From positions 44,516,001-44,580,000 of the forward strand of contig JAGIQG010000009.1 of assembly GCA_024679065.1 (NCBI GenBank): a stretch of 64,000 nucleotides of DNA. Reading direction: 5' to 3'. Made by a program: the position numbers and the translations under genes. The first letter of the stretch is position 1; each line of letters opens with the position of its first letter. Shown one piece after another: positions 1-13,566 of the stretch. Source of the stretch: Sphyrna mokarran (lineage: Eukaryota). The notes under the pieces were generated by a model. The model did not search any database, had not been told where the DNA came from, and saw only the letters and a list, made by a program, of their open reading frames with translations.

Positions 1-380
1 TATGTCAGCACAGTGGCCCCACGTTGCCGGTCTCCTGATCACTAGCCAACCGGATTGCTGGCCTTCTCTGCAACCCCTGATCGCTGGCCTCCCAGATCTC
101 TCCAGGCCAACCCTAAAATCCCACTTCCTGGCCAGGCCCTACCCGCACTGATTGCCCACCCAACAGGCTCCACCCCTTTGGCACTGCCCACTAATGTAAA
201 TCCAGATTAGCATATTGAAATCAGCATTACGCTGATTTCCAGCATGGTCCTGATTATTTTCAGAGTTTTTCGGGTGGGAGACTTGTGGAGACTGTGGCAC
301 CCAGTGGGAAGCCCACAAAACAGCCTCTGCTGATGTCTTCCGGCTCACTGTGCTGGTTGAGAGAGTCATTCCCATAGTGT
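1..380. mobile_element. Fragment of GC-rich non-autonomous DNA-transposon-like repeat (truncated by window edge)
   Basis: cagtggccccacgttgccggtctcctgatc at the window start resembles the interior of the TIR-bounded element at 48531-48968 (aatggctccacactgccagcctcctgattg). Confidence 0.45.
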
Positions 381-1402
381 CAATGAATTAACAAAGATGG
401 CATTTAAGGTAACACCTACCTACAAAAGTTACACAAATTAAACTAAAGCATTCCTGCACAGTTGTGTACAATTCATAAATGCATTTACAAGTTAACTTTT
501 TAACATTTTATGCACATTGTGTCAACAATAGCTCCGCAGACATAATATAAAAATACATTATGCACAGAGTGAATGCTTTTAATTCCTCCAGTGTGCATTG
601 TGGCTGAACAAAGTGTATTTGCAGCAACTCTATCCCTCTTTCCTTTTTATTCAGTAAAAGAGATCCCCACAAATTGTTCTCAGACCTGCAATAGCCTGAG
701 ACTGAGAGATAGTCATACTGCCAGCCCTGTAAGTGAGACACGAGATGGTTGTAGCTTTCATGCCTGCTACTAAATTGAACATGTCTCTTCTGTGTTGTTT
801 GTCTTCAAAATATATTTCTGGAATCTTCTTCAGACACTTAGTTTGCTTTTATAGTCTCCTAGCCAAAAAAAACCTTTAGATGTGGAAATTTCCATATGCC
901 AAATATTTGCTTCTCCATTTAACTGAATCTAGTCCTCAGTCCACTGTTAATATTGTTCCTGATTACTGCCCTATGCTGAGTTCACTAATCTCTCTGACTT
1001 CTTTGCACATAGACCCTGGATTACTTTTACTTTCTGATTTCTTCCCACGTCACCAGAGCACCTGTACTTTCTGACTGCTAACTGTAGGAATTTTTACTTT
1101 TACTTTTTCCATCACCTTGATGACCGAGGACTAGTGTTCCTTCCCAACTGTACACCCTTCTGAGTCTCCATGTGATCTACCCCTCTTATACCACATTAAC
1201 ACCTCTTCTTCTATTCATTCCCTTAGATGTCATCATTTTATATAGTCCTGTAAGAGTCAGCTCCTCACCCCCTCTATCTTCCATTTTCCCCATTCTCCTC
1301 TACCTCATTACCCCTCTGTCTTCCATTGTATCTCCTTCTCCCCTCACAACCATTTCATAGCCTTCCTTCACTATTATCCCCCCACTTGTATTTTGTCACA
1401 AA

Positions 1403-1676
1403 GGCAGCATGTAGCATAGTGGTTAACACTCCTGCTTCACAGTGCCAGGGACCTGGGTCCAATTCCCAGCCAGCGAGGATTGGCTTGGGTCACTGTCTGT
1501 GTGGAGTTTTAACATTTTCCCCATGTCTGTGTAGGAATCCTCCCACGTTCTGAAGGACGTACTAGTTAGGCTCTTGAGGCCCAAACAGGCCCAAAGTGTG
1601 GCGACTATAGGAATTTCACAGTAATTTCATTGCAGTGTTAATGTAAGCCTTAGTTATAATTAATAAACAAACTTTT
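1403..1676 (+). mobile_element. tRNA-derived SINE, HE1/V-SINE-like, tail type A
   Basis: A-box/B-box-like head (tagcatagtggttaacac...ctgggtccaattcc), V-domain-like core gggtcactgtctgtgtggagttt, tail ttcacagtaatttcattgcagtgttaatgtaagcc...aataaacaaac. Confidence 0.85.
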
Positions 1677-2181
1677 CATGTCCACCCTCCCTCCACACAC
1701 GACCCCGGTCAAAATGCTTATTGGAGTTCAGCATGAGGCCCACCGCATGGTGGTGCCATTCTGGGCAGTGGAGGTAAAGAGTGGGAGGAGGCTAACCCTA
1801 AGTCCCAATAGTATGGTATTCATCACAACAAGGCTGGTATAGCTTTGTGGCAGGTAGGTTGAGTATATTGCAGCCATCTTGACGTCAAGAGCAAACTGAG
1901 GCCTGATCTGTGCACACTCCTCATTTGCAAATGGGTTTCAGGCTGGCTGACTTTTCTGCTGGCATGATGCAAGGTTGGAAAGCGTCACGAGACTCTGGCA
2001 GGCAGCTTCTCTAATGAATGCAAATGCCATTCACATCACCAAGCAACTGACTCTCAATTATGCCGTCATCTGCAGAATCACATTACTTTTACACTTGCAG
2101 ATTTCTGCCTTTTTGCCTGCCGCTTGATTCCCTACATCTGCCTGCCACAAAATCCACAATGGCAGGATGGGGAAATGCCCA

Positions 2182-2415
2182 GGGTCATTGTCTGTGTGGA
2201 GTCTGCACATTCTCCCCGTGTCTACATGGGTTTCCTCCACGTGCTCCGGTTTCTTCCCACAGTCTGAAAGATGTGCTGGTTAGGTGCATTGGCTGTGCTA
2301 AATTCTCCCTCAATATACTCGAACAGGTGCTGGAGTGTGGTGACTAGGTGATTTTCACAGTAATTTCATTTCAGTGTTAATGTATGCCTACTTGTGACAA
2401 TAATGAATAAACTTT
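2182..2415 (+). mobile_element. 5'-truncated HE1/V-SINE-like SINE, tail type A
   Basis: Core gggtcattgtctgtgtggagtctgcacattctccccgtg and tail ...cctacttgtgacaataatgaataaac. Confidence 0.85.
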
Positions 2416-3554
2416 AATTAATTCCATATCTTGGGGGTTATTTCATTTTTTACACATTGGGCTGCCTTTTAAAAACAGTGCTCTCATCTTTCAGGAGCGT
2501 AAGTTGCTGGCAGGGCAGACTCTACAGATTTTTTCCCCCCCAGAGAGTTCAAAAATTTGGCAGGAAAACCCAGCAGCGCAGCTGACAGGCTGCTCATTGC
2601 TTCTCCAGCCTGAGGTGACACATTAAAAAGGAAAAAATTCCACCCTTTGCATTTGTTTATGAGCATCAGACATAACAACATTGTGTTTGGCTATGAAGAC
2701 CTCTGATCACTGAGCCTACTCTTGGTGTCTCGTTTTACATGGAAGAAATAGCTACTTGGCTGCAATCCTTGAATGTAGCTGATGCTTCTGGTGCCGTATC
2801 TGGGCATAGGTCAGCACTTTCAGGACAAGGAAGTGGACTTTTAAGAGTAGAATATGGGAAAAATTAGCAAACGTTTGCTTCTTGAAACATAAGCGTTCAT
2901 TATGTTGTCAATCCTCATTGGCCATCAAGAGCCAGAAATACTCCTCTTTTTGAATATCCTCCACTCCATGTGATAAAATCGTATAAGAGCACAGCAGAAA
3001 TCAAGCTACTTGAACATCACAGGCTGCTCTTTTTGTCCAATGGACGCAACTTTGACATTTGATTTATCTCTGCTTGAACTCTTCTTGGTTAGAAAAGATG
3101 GGTTCCATTCTACCCATTAGCCAGTTTCAAATCTAAAATTCTAAACATTTTCTAGATAATGAAAATGGTATTTTTTTAAAACAATACTTTAACTCACAAA
3201 CAAGGTTAAGAAAGAATATATTCAGGCTCATTGTGGTGTGTCCTCAAATGTGTACTGGTGCACTCTCTCCTCGGTGGAATACAGCAATTGGAAACAATAC
3301 ATTTTATGTGTCATAGTAAAACATTATATTTAATGTAAGATTCTCAGTTCCAGCCATCACATTACAAAATTAAACAGGGAAAAGATGCAGTGAAGATAAG
3401 GACTACCTACAAGTATAAGTGAATAAAAAAATTGTGATGTTCCCTCAGAATACGCTTCTTTAAATGAACAATTTTAAGCTGGGAGAGTAGAACATTGATC
3501 CCTTTTGAGCACCCTAGTTTCGGCATTAAGTACTCCCAGATCATACTACTCTGC

Positions 3555-3840
3555 CACAGTGATAGAGAGAAATTGTTCCCAGTGACAAGGGTAAAGAGCA
3601 CACAGATGTAAGATAATTGCAGAAAAAAGATGAGGTGGTGTGGTAGTGGAGCAAAGAGAAGTTATTTTACACAGTGACTTGTTACAATCTGGAATGCACT
3701 GCCTGAAAGTGTGGTGTCATCAGATTCAAGCTGTAAGTTTCAAAATGAAGTTGGAGGATTATTTAAGAATCATTTGCAGTATTATGGGAAAAGAGCAGGG
3801 AAATGTGACAAATCAATGCCTTTTCCCAGAGCACTGACAA
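3555..3840 (+). mobile_element. Old CR1 LINE 3' fragment
   Basis: Degenerate CR1 ORF2 end (gagagaaattgttcccagtg...ttttacacagtga...tctggaatgcactgcctgaaagtgtgg). Confidence 0.65.
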
Positions 3841-5516
3841 AGATGCTAACTCTGTCGAGATGTATAGCTTTTAAAAAGAAATTCAGACTTCTAGTTAATA
3901 GCTGAAAGGATGAAATGACAAGATTTCTCTTGTAATGTATTAAGCATAACAAAGGACTAAAAACGCTGTCTTTGTAAGCAACTTGAAGATTAAACCATAG
4001 AACAAAATATCCTGCGTCTTACTTTTAGCACAACTTTTAAAATGCATTGCACCGCTGCACATTACACAGCTCTTTCAGAAGATATTAAATTCTCCTGGAA
4101 ACTCTCTCTTGGGGTTATTTCTGTTTTTTCTTAGCCAGGCAATCTTTACACTCTATCTCTTTATGATAAGAGCGTTACTGGAGATTCTTGCTCTAATGCA
4201 AGCTGAACAAATGTAACTTTCTAGCAAGTGCCCTACTCCTGGCAAGTATCCCATTTCTAATGTATCATGACAAATGTCCTCCAGCAAATGTCCTGTAACA
4301 AATGCTAACCCTTGGCAAGTACATAGAGCTCACTTATTCCTATTGTTATACCTTATTTTACACAGTTTTGTAACATTTTGCCCAAGCATGTGTCCTGAAT
4401 CAACACAAGTAGTGACTTTCTAACTTATTATTTGCAACTCTTGATCAATGGGGAAGATGCTGCTAACTGCCGCACAACGATCTTAATTTGTATTGTGAAG
4501 TGGAGGACCTTGAATCATTCCAAACCCAAATCATTCTCCTAACCAATCAACTTTGCAGCCTTGGTATTCCTTCTGACTACTAACCTATAACATGTATTTT
4601 TGATCAGAAGACCTCAAGCCACTTTTCTGGCTTATCAGCACTGCAATGTTGGCCTCTCTTTGTTGCAAAGCTAGAGTCATTGAAGCTGTAGTGTATAAAT
4701 ATGCTGTAATTATAAACTGCAGTTCACTCCAAAAGGACCTAGGTGTTCCGTAAAATGACATCATGATATTTTACACTTAAAGACCACTTTAACATTTCTT
4801 TAACATGCTCCAAAATTCATGAAGCATCCCAATAATATGTATAAATTTAAACTTCACATTGTTCCTTCTTCAGAAGGAATTCTTCAGATGCACACAATAA
4901 AATATAACAAAATTTACTCTAACTTATAAATCAAAGAAAGGGTTTAATAAAGAAACTTTATTATTCCAAACTTGGGGCCTCATCCTGGACCATTCAAAGT
5001 TCAACAGAATTCCCAACAGGTTCTTATTTATAGTGAGTCAGCTGATTTAACTGACCTTACATCATTCTGTAATTGGTTCCATGGTTTATTGGGTCAGCTG
5101 ACTCTTACAGCTTGTTACCATTGGTCACATTACATCCGATACAAAGATGTCACTGGTTATATTCTATTAGAATCATTAAACTTCTGCATGTAGAGGTGCT
5201 GATCAGTCAGCCTTAGAGCCCAAGTCTTCTTTCATCTTGGAATTAAATGGACAGGTTAAAGCATGCTGTTTACAACCTGACATAATCATCACTTTTCTGG
5301 AACTTCGGAGATTCCCCATCGATCTACACTTAGTATCACAGCTTCAAATATTGGGCAGGATTTTACAGTCTTGTTCATCCCAAAACCATAAAATCCTGCG
5401 CAAGGTCAACAGACCTTCCCATGTTTTGCCCTTCACTGCTCTGATTCTCATGATGGGTGAGGTGATAAAATTCCAGCCTTTATCTAACTCTTGAGCCTTC
5501 TTAATAGTCAAACAAT

Positions 5517-5710
5517 CTCTCCCACTCTCCCACTCTCCCACTCTCCCACTCTCCCACTCTCCCACTCTCCCACTCTCCCACTCTCCCACTCTCCCACTCT
5601 CCCACTCTCCACTCTCCCACTCTCCCACCTCCCACTCTCCCACTCTCCCACTCTCCCACTCTCCCACTCTCCCACTCTCCCACTCTCCCACTCTCCCACT
5701 CTCCCACTCC
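5517..5710. repeat. Octanucleotide tandem repeat (ACTCTCCC)n, about 24 units
   Basis: Directly visible with two variant units; it generates the spurious ESGRVGEW/HSPTLPLS ORFs. Confidence 0.98.
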
Positions 5711-8700
5711 ATCAATCTCCAACAATCAAAACAGGCCACGTGACCCTCTTCATTTTACCTTCAAGACATCATTTCAAAACATCACACACTTATGGACTTC
5801 ATAATAGTAATGCAGACACAATGGACTGAATGATCATGAATGTATTATTCTGTAAGCCTTGGGAGAACACCTTGTGCTGTCTGACATCTCTACTATTGTT
5901 AATTTATTGTCAGTCAATACCACAGGCTTACATCTGCCTGGCTTGAATTTGAAGCCCAGCCACAAAACCAAAAGGTGCTGCCTTATATAATGAGCCATTC
6001 ATTTCCCTCTTTTTGTCTGAGGATTTATAACTCTTTCCCTTCTAGGTTTAATATAACCACAGCTTTTCCAGTAAGTGCACCTCCTAATCGGACTGATTAC
6101 CTTTCTCACTTTCAGTCTCAATGTTTATGTCTGGGTAGTCAGCCTTCACAACAACAGCTTGGCTTTTTTTATGTGTTGTTGCTTCTTTTAGATCAGGAGT
6201 AGGCATTGTGCTGCAATAAAATGGTTTCTCCTACTTTACTGTGCAAAATAAGGTAATTTAAAAAAATCAATTAACTAATGCATGTAATGAAAAAGCATAG
6301 ACACCAAATAGGTCTAGCAGATTGATGCCGTGTCCATGTGTTACATAAAAGAATGCAAAAACATTCACACCAATATACAGACTATCATCTTTCTGCAATC
6401 ATTTCAGTTTTTCTATTCAGATATTAATGCTAATTCATAATTCTTGAACTTAAAGTATCTCTGAGATGGATGAGCTACAGGGGCAGTTTTTTTCCCTTGA
6501 GTTTTCATGCTTTCTAAAAGAGCACCAGTGAAGCCTTACAAGAATTTGCCACATTTTTCTATACAAGTTTTCTGATAACCCGGCCAACCTGGGTAATACC
6601 AATACTCATCTCTGTAATAGGAAGGTTCATTACATTGGCTGCTGTGTTGTGATCAGAGAATTGACTGCAGATCTCAGTTAAACCCCATAAATCATTTAAT
6701 CTACTCTAAGTATGGTTCCATTTGCCCGACGTTTCATTAGCAAAGTCGGATTCCCAAGTCAATAGAGAGACTGGATATTCCAGTAACACCAGAACCAGAA
6801 TTTTGCTTCATCCACCTGCATTTCTTTTCTTGAAATATTTCTTAAAGAGGAAACATCTTCTTCATTTGGCTAATGTTTTATCGTTTGGAAATGGAGAAGA
6901 ACCGCATAAAATTCCACATAAGTCTGCTGAAGCAATTTAATTCCGTTTCTACCTTGTCTTTTCAAAATACATTGAAAAAGTTTTCAAATGATTTTTCAAA
7001 CATTTAGCCAATTAATAATGGTTTGAATTTGACGTACAACAGTGCTCACAGCTGACCTTGAAGAAAGGTTTAGTGATCTCTGTAATATGGAGTTCTCCTT
7101 TCCCAACATTAGTTTGGTATAGATATTCTGCAACAATGATATTATCAAGCAGGCCAAGTGCTCTATCACGTTTAAGAATTCCCATAGACGACAAACCAGA
7201 AAGTAAAATGAACTGAAACTTTTATTTTAAATTAAAAGTTTGAATGAGGTGAAAAAAAAAATTGTCACATGCACATAGGATTAAGATAGAAACTGAAATA
7301 TCTTAAATGTAAAAAAAATAAAATTATGGAATTTTTGTCACATTGAAGAAATTTGACATTCCATGAATATGATTTTAGTTTTCAGAAAGAGTGAGGTTGC
7401 TCAGCAGTTATTATGAATTAGTACATGTCATTTGACAGGATATAGCTGTTTCAAGGTTTTTTTAAATGGAGACTAATAATGTAAAAGGCCAAGTTTTTGT
7501 CTGTCCCAATTGTTGAACTGTCTGAGCAGACTTCATACTTCAACAGTGTATCTTATGGAGAAGCGTATAATTACTGACAGAAGCTCCTGGATTTCCATAT
7601 TTAATTAAGCAGACTCCTGAATTCACTTACCATTTTAGAAGTGTCATGTCCACATAGCTGTTTCCACAAACTTATAAAAAAGATGGGCACTTTCAAAAAA
7701 CAATTACCTTGACAAAAGGTGGTGACCAGGGTAGAGTGGTTGTGGCGTGGGGGCGGTGGGGAGAGTGGTGGTTGAGGTGACCCCCACCCTTTATTTGCAA
7801 GTATACATAATACTGCCTAAGGCTCAAAGTAGCCTGTTCGCCCAGCATATTAAACATAAAAGACCTTTGGGACACTGCTTTGTGCAGACGTTAAAATGCA
7901 GCAGATCTACCCTTCAGACTTAACAGCTACTATTGTCCAAATGCTGAACAAAACTGGTGTACAATAGTTAAATAAACTTAATAGCTTCAAACTGATATTG
8001 CATTAAATGGGTGTATGTAAGATGATTTTAACACAAGAAGATTGAAATGGCTGAGATTCAAACCTTCAATTTGTGTCAATACTAATGTAGTCAACAAACA
8101 TTTGTCTGGACAGTGGAAACATCTTTATTGTGTTTATGTGACAGAAACCAGTTTATAGTGGGAAGCACCTTTACTTATATTTTGAGCAATAGTTTGGGAT
8201 TTAGAGAAGAGGTCCCAGCCAGTAAAAGAAAGAACCCAACCTAGCATTCCCAAATAGATAGAGTAAGTGAGACTATCCATTTACCTGCAGAAGTCTGGAT
8301 CCAAGTCAGAAACTGAGTTGTCAGGAGTAATCCTTTGTGAATTCTTCATCAGAAAGATTCAACTTGCATTGTTGTCAGTGAATCAAAAGAGAATTATCAG
8401 GCCTGCAATATTTCAACTACCATCTCAAAAACTAGAAATAAAAGTGACTTTTTGGACTCTTTAAAAATCTAAATGCTTGCTACATCTTTTGTAATCATTT
8501 TCTCTTATGTGAATGAATAATTGGATGCTGTTGTGATTACATTTTGGGTGTTGACTTTTTTTATTTGTGAGAAAGTCTGTAATTGAGAGTCACAGCACTT
8601 GGGAGTCAAAACTCATCTTGTTGCAGCTCATCAAGACGCGGCAAAATGGGAAATCATCCTACCATTGCTCTCCTATCCCTAATATGTAAGAGCAATGAAC

Positions 8701-11354
8701 ACAAAATCTAAGCCATTCTCTTTATTGACATTCATAACACTCAGCCGAGATTTATATTTGATTTATTGAAGTATTTCTTGCTGAATTTAAGATCAAGAAA
8801 TTTAAAGGGGAATTACCTGTGATCATGGTTTTTGTGCTGGATTTTCTTGAGCAGCTCCAATCAGCAAATTCCCCAACTTGGCAGACCTGCCTCAGTTTAA
8901 AGGGTTTCTTTAGACCCAATTTTTTACTCCAGGGAGGCAGGAGCAGGATTAAGTCAGGCCCACTCGACCCCAGATTTAGATGCTGGTGACCATGGGAGTG
9001 GGCAAGTGGCAGGGCATGCTGGTTAGAAGGCCTGCCTCAGTTGTTGGAGATTTTATCCCATTTGTTTTGGGTATTGTTAGACCCAATGTATAAATTGTTT
9101 CTACAATGCACCTGTCTTTCCCCATATGCCAATAAAACTTTAGGAGTGAGCTTACTGGCTTGTCATGCTGGTCACACTCTGATCAAGGATGAGTGAGGAG
9201 GTGATGGTGTGGGGGTGATCAACTGGGAGAGGGATGATATCCGATCTGCAATTGTCCAGGTATAGTGAGAATATCAAGATGATGTCTGGGGAGGGGATGG
9301 GGGAGACTGACAGACTTCTCTTCTTGCACAGAAAACTGAGAGATCTGCCCTTGTACAATAGCGCCCTGTAGCGGTGAGCAGCCAGTTTTCCAGCAAGAAT
9401 AGACTCCATCCACTCCCTCTACTGACGTGAATCACATTTTGCCTCTTCTTTTGCATGAAGTGGCATAAGATCATGTCTGAAAGCTTGTGGAAGAAATGGG
9501 CATGATTCTCTCCCGTTTTCATGCTCCTTCAGTACTTAGAATTTTTTTTGGTCAGATTGCCCCTTTGGGGCTATAAATGCAGACACAATGTTCTCTATCT
9601 ATGTAACTGTCTCCAGCCTGCTAATTGCCTCCAGCCTATAATCTCTTCCCTGAACACACACTTGCTCAGACTCTCATATTTTGTGCATTCCCCAACTGTG
9701 CATTCTACTGTCACGGCCCACAATTTAATCAAGACTCTATTATCCAATTGTTATTGGTGTTTTATTTGCCCATCTGCTTTATTGCAAGTTGGTTTCTTTA
9801 GTATTGGTTAGGAAAAATGAAAATCCAATTCTCCTGGCCAAAATATCTGACCTTCCTAACTTCTAGTGAACATTGGTGCATTTCCATAAAATCCAATCTG
9901 ATTCATTATTGACATATGCTCTTTTTATCTTTGACATGGTCAAAGAGATTGGATCTTAGATTGGCAGGCACCAGACAATTCTAAACAAGCCTACAGCTAT
10001 ACATTATGCTGATCTTTTTCTCCAAAGGCAATGCAGATGGGAAGATTGGCATTTCAAAACTATGTGTAAAAGGATCGACCAGAAATAAATCCAAATTATG
10101 TCAAATTCAATTACTCATAAATGATCCTGAGAGGACTAAAACCTTCAGACATGTGCGCAAAAAAACACCATTCGTTCAAAGTGCTGCAATCTTTAGAGAG
10201 TTACACAGTGGTCAGGATAAGGGCGTGCCAGTCAATGTCTATGTTTATTCATGATTATCATAAAAATCAATTATCTCTGATAGCTTGGCTGGCCCTACAT
10301 ATTTGGCAGGGGAACCCATCTGTAAGATTCTTGAGGTTGACTGTGAGGCACCAGCCGGTGACTGGAATTTCGATTTTACTTCCTTCGAACAGAAATCACA
10401 AACCAGATCAGCTTTCAAGCACATTACTCTGCCAGCAGCTAAACTGTAAACTTTAAATCAAAAATCTGTTCAAGCATAAAGCCTGGAAATTTCATCAGCA
10501 TCAACAAAAACCCAATGCCATGTCGACCTGTTCCTTTAGTTCTCATGAAGAAATGCATTTATTTGGTTGTAATGCAGACCACCATTATTAAGGCAAACAT
10601 TGTGTGGATTAATAAAGAAAATAGTCACATCCTCATTTCACAAAGACAAGGATCAGATCCCTCTTTGAACAAGGTGTCAATTTGGTGCGTTTACGTTGGT
10701 TTGAATAATGCTGGTAATTTTTGATTAGCCCTGTTCTTTTTATACTTAAATCGTCCCTCTTTAAATATGCATAGCCTTTTATTTCTCTCTGGGTGGGTGG
10801 GGGGAGGTGGAATGGCAGTGTTGTTATAACACTTCATTGGTATGCTTATAGAGACCATCTGTTGCTTGGCAACATAGCAGATAGCACACGTTTTGCTTTT
10901 TCCAATTTTCTCCCATTCCTTTCTGATGACACGCATGCCCAAGTACAATTTTACATCTCTACATATCTAAATACCAGACATTTCTGTCAATTATCTATCA
11001 AATTGTTTTTGACTCCTTTCTTGTTTACCTTCATGCATTTGCTCATATTCTGATTTTACTTTTGACTAACTTCATTATGCTTTCTTTAGGAGTTCAGTTG
11101 CAATCCTGCTTTATTTGCATAATGCGTGCCTTTGAAATGGTAAATTTGCTTCGTATATTGAATTTGGCAGTAAAATTGTACAATTGTTATTATCCGAGGG
11201 TTATTTTTCTTTCCTGGATCATCATTTTATGTTCCACCATTTCTGTCCAATGATTGGATGTTGGGCTTAAACCTTGACGTGAATTGCTGATTTATTGACC
11301 ACGCAAGTTGGCAATGTACCTGCAGCTCATTCTACTCTCGCCAAATATTTCTTT

Positions 11355-11752
11355 AGGAATTGCAGGCCTGTAAAAGGACACTTTGTTGCGGTTCATTCCA
11401 AGCAGTGCTGGAACACAGACCGGTATTCAATGAGCTGCTCCCAAGGATGCACTCCAAGCAAAATACAACTGCTGCTGGAGGACCAACAACTTGGTGAAAG
11501 GAATTCTTTCTGCCCAAGAGTCGCTGGTCTTTGAGTGCAAAGAATGGCACAATCTCTGGTCCAGAACCAGGTGTTGAGGGACACACTACAAATGGGAAAG
11601 GCCACTGGTGAAGGTCTTAGCCCTATAGAATCCATGTAAAGCCCTTCAGATTGTACACACTAGAGAATGTTTGACATGAGATAGTTACATTATAAATATA
11701 GGCTCTAATAGCTAATGCAGGGAGGCACCTCATCTACTGTATTAAAAAAAAA
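11355..11752 (+). mobile_element. Old, degraded Tx1-clade retrotransposon 3' fragment
   Basis: caactgctgctggaggaccaacaacttggtgaaagga...gtgttgagggacacact aligns by eye with 37095-37245 (cagctgctgctggaggatcatcaagtcggtgaagga...gtgctgagggacgcgct); ends in a short A run. Confidence 0.7.
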
Positions 11753-12784
11753 CTTTATCTGTCTTGCTCTTTCAATCTGCTTTTTAATTAACTTTTAGAA
11801 ACTGTACCAATAAAGCATACATTAGGGAAACAAATCCTGCATGAATTGCTGAATGGTACATGAGTGGGGACCATGTTTTTTTTTCTCTATCCCATCAAGG
11901 CCAAATGTACCATCACAAAAACAATCCCGCTGTGTATCAGGAAAAATGAAATGAAAAACACCTCAGTTTTAGGCATTTGTTAAGCTGAACAGGGATTGTT
12001 TCCACTGCTAAATTTGTGGCAAACATTTTCTTCAGTGTGCTTCCTGATCACTTGGCATCTGAAGTCAGGAGGAGGTGGCAGCTGGCTGGGCAAATGGAAC
12101 AGAATCTTAGACAGTAGTGACAGAGGCTGGGGGGGTGGGGGGTGGTGGTGGCGTGGTTCTTAGGTTGAAATGAATGATTGGTCTACATTACGTTGCTAAG
12201 CTAAAGAAAGTGGGTTTGGGAAATACACCCCAAGAAGCACTTTTACTCTTCTGAGCTCCACAAGGAAAGTAAATCTACCAAGTAGTCCTATGTTCCTAAC
12301 AAAAACCAATGTTAAAATGACCTTTATGCCATTCCTGGCTTCCACTCTTCTTTCTGCTAGCTCCATATGGCATGTAAAGTACAATGGCTCTGCGCTTTGG
12401 CAATCAATTAAAGTAAGAGTTAGGTCTTGATGACAGTGTCTGAGCATAACCTGCACAGTTAATTCATGTTCCAGATGTTGTCTTTGTCGCCTGCTCCAAA
12501 GAGTTAAAATTAAAAACTCCAGGAAGTGAACAGAATGGCAATGGACAAGTTTCTTGGCTAATTTTAACTCCCACCTGTTGGATGGACGGGATTAAAATGA
12601 TCTCTCTGATGTGTAGACAGCAGATGTACAACTTGCTCTGTGCTTTCAGAAATTAATTGGATAATTGTAAGCTAAAATCAATTTACCTCCTTGTTACACC
12701 CTATACTTACTACCATTCACTTTTTGGTATCACGCAAAAAAAAAATGATGTGCTCTCTACTCATTGATGGATGTTAAAGATAAT

Positions 12785-13566
12785 GGTTCAAATCTTCCAG
12801 TGTCCTGATCATCGGAGATATGTCAGTTGGGGGAATATGTGTCAGCATTCTCTGGGAACTCTGACATGCATATGTGCATTGAAATTTCCTGGGAAGTTTA
12901 AACTTCTGATGGGCTGATTTCTGCTGCCTGTTCATCTCTGTCTCTGAAGTGTCAGAGACTTGAGCTCAATATTCAACTGGGATTTAACTGCAAACTTTCC
13001 TAGAAATGTTACACTGGCTAATACCTGATCTAACTAATTAATTAGCTGGCATAAATGAACTTCACCACACCCCATCTCCCCCATTCTCTGGTCTGACCTG
13101 TCTCGACTATCCCCCTGACCTGGCATGACAATCCCTATCCCGAACACCTGACTATCCCCAACCCTGACAATCTCTACATCTCAGCACCCCGAACGCACTT
13201 TGATAATTTCCTTGATTAGGTTAAGGCAGGGGGGAGGGATACTCCCCTTTTCCCCGTGCCCCCCCCCCCAACCTAATCAAGCTATCGTCCTCACTTGGCT
13301 ATTCACTGATTTCCACTCCCTAACCCAGCAAAAGACTTGAAGTCTTTAGAGACTTGTTGAATGTTAGCAGCTACTGTTGTGAAAAAGGGGTGTGTCCTGT
13401 ATTCATCTGTCTTGTCCTTGTCAGTTTTCTGTGGAGTTGGCTGCGTTGATACCTCAATGCTTCAGCCAGGATTGGGAGTCCCGGATGAAAAATCAGCAAA
13501 AGAGTTTGGTGACAGAAATCTTCATGGGCAGTATCAAGTATTGATGCTGACTGGAAGATGCGGGCC
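12785..13566. mobile_element. Non-autonomous TIR element (MITE, Harbinger-like)
   Basis: Imperfect terminal inverted repeats ggttcaaatcttccagt / actggaagatgcgggcc, with TAA at or near both flanks. Confidence 0.5.

Noticed and set aside
4190-4322. Degenerate CAA(A/G)TG(T/C)CC-like minisatellite
   Set aside because: Irregular period and low identity; nothing supports a function.
5344-5829. Repetitive ORFs (ESGRVGEW)n and (HSPTLPLS)n
   Set aside because: Translation artefacts of the ACTCTCCC tandem repeat; open on both strands with no gene context.
9359-9376. CTCF-like motif CCGCTACAGGGCGCTA (minus strand)
   Set aside because: Mismatch at the highly conserved AG core position.
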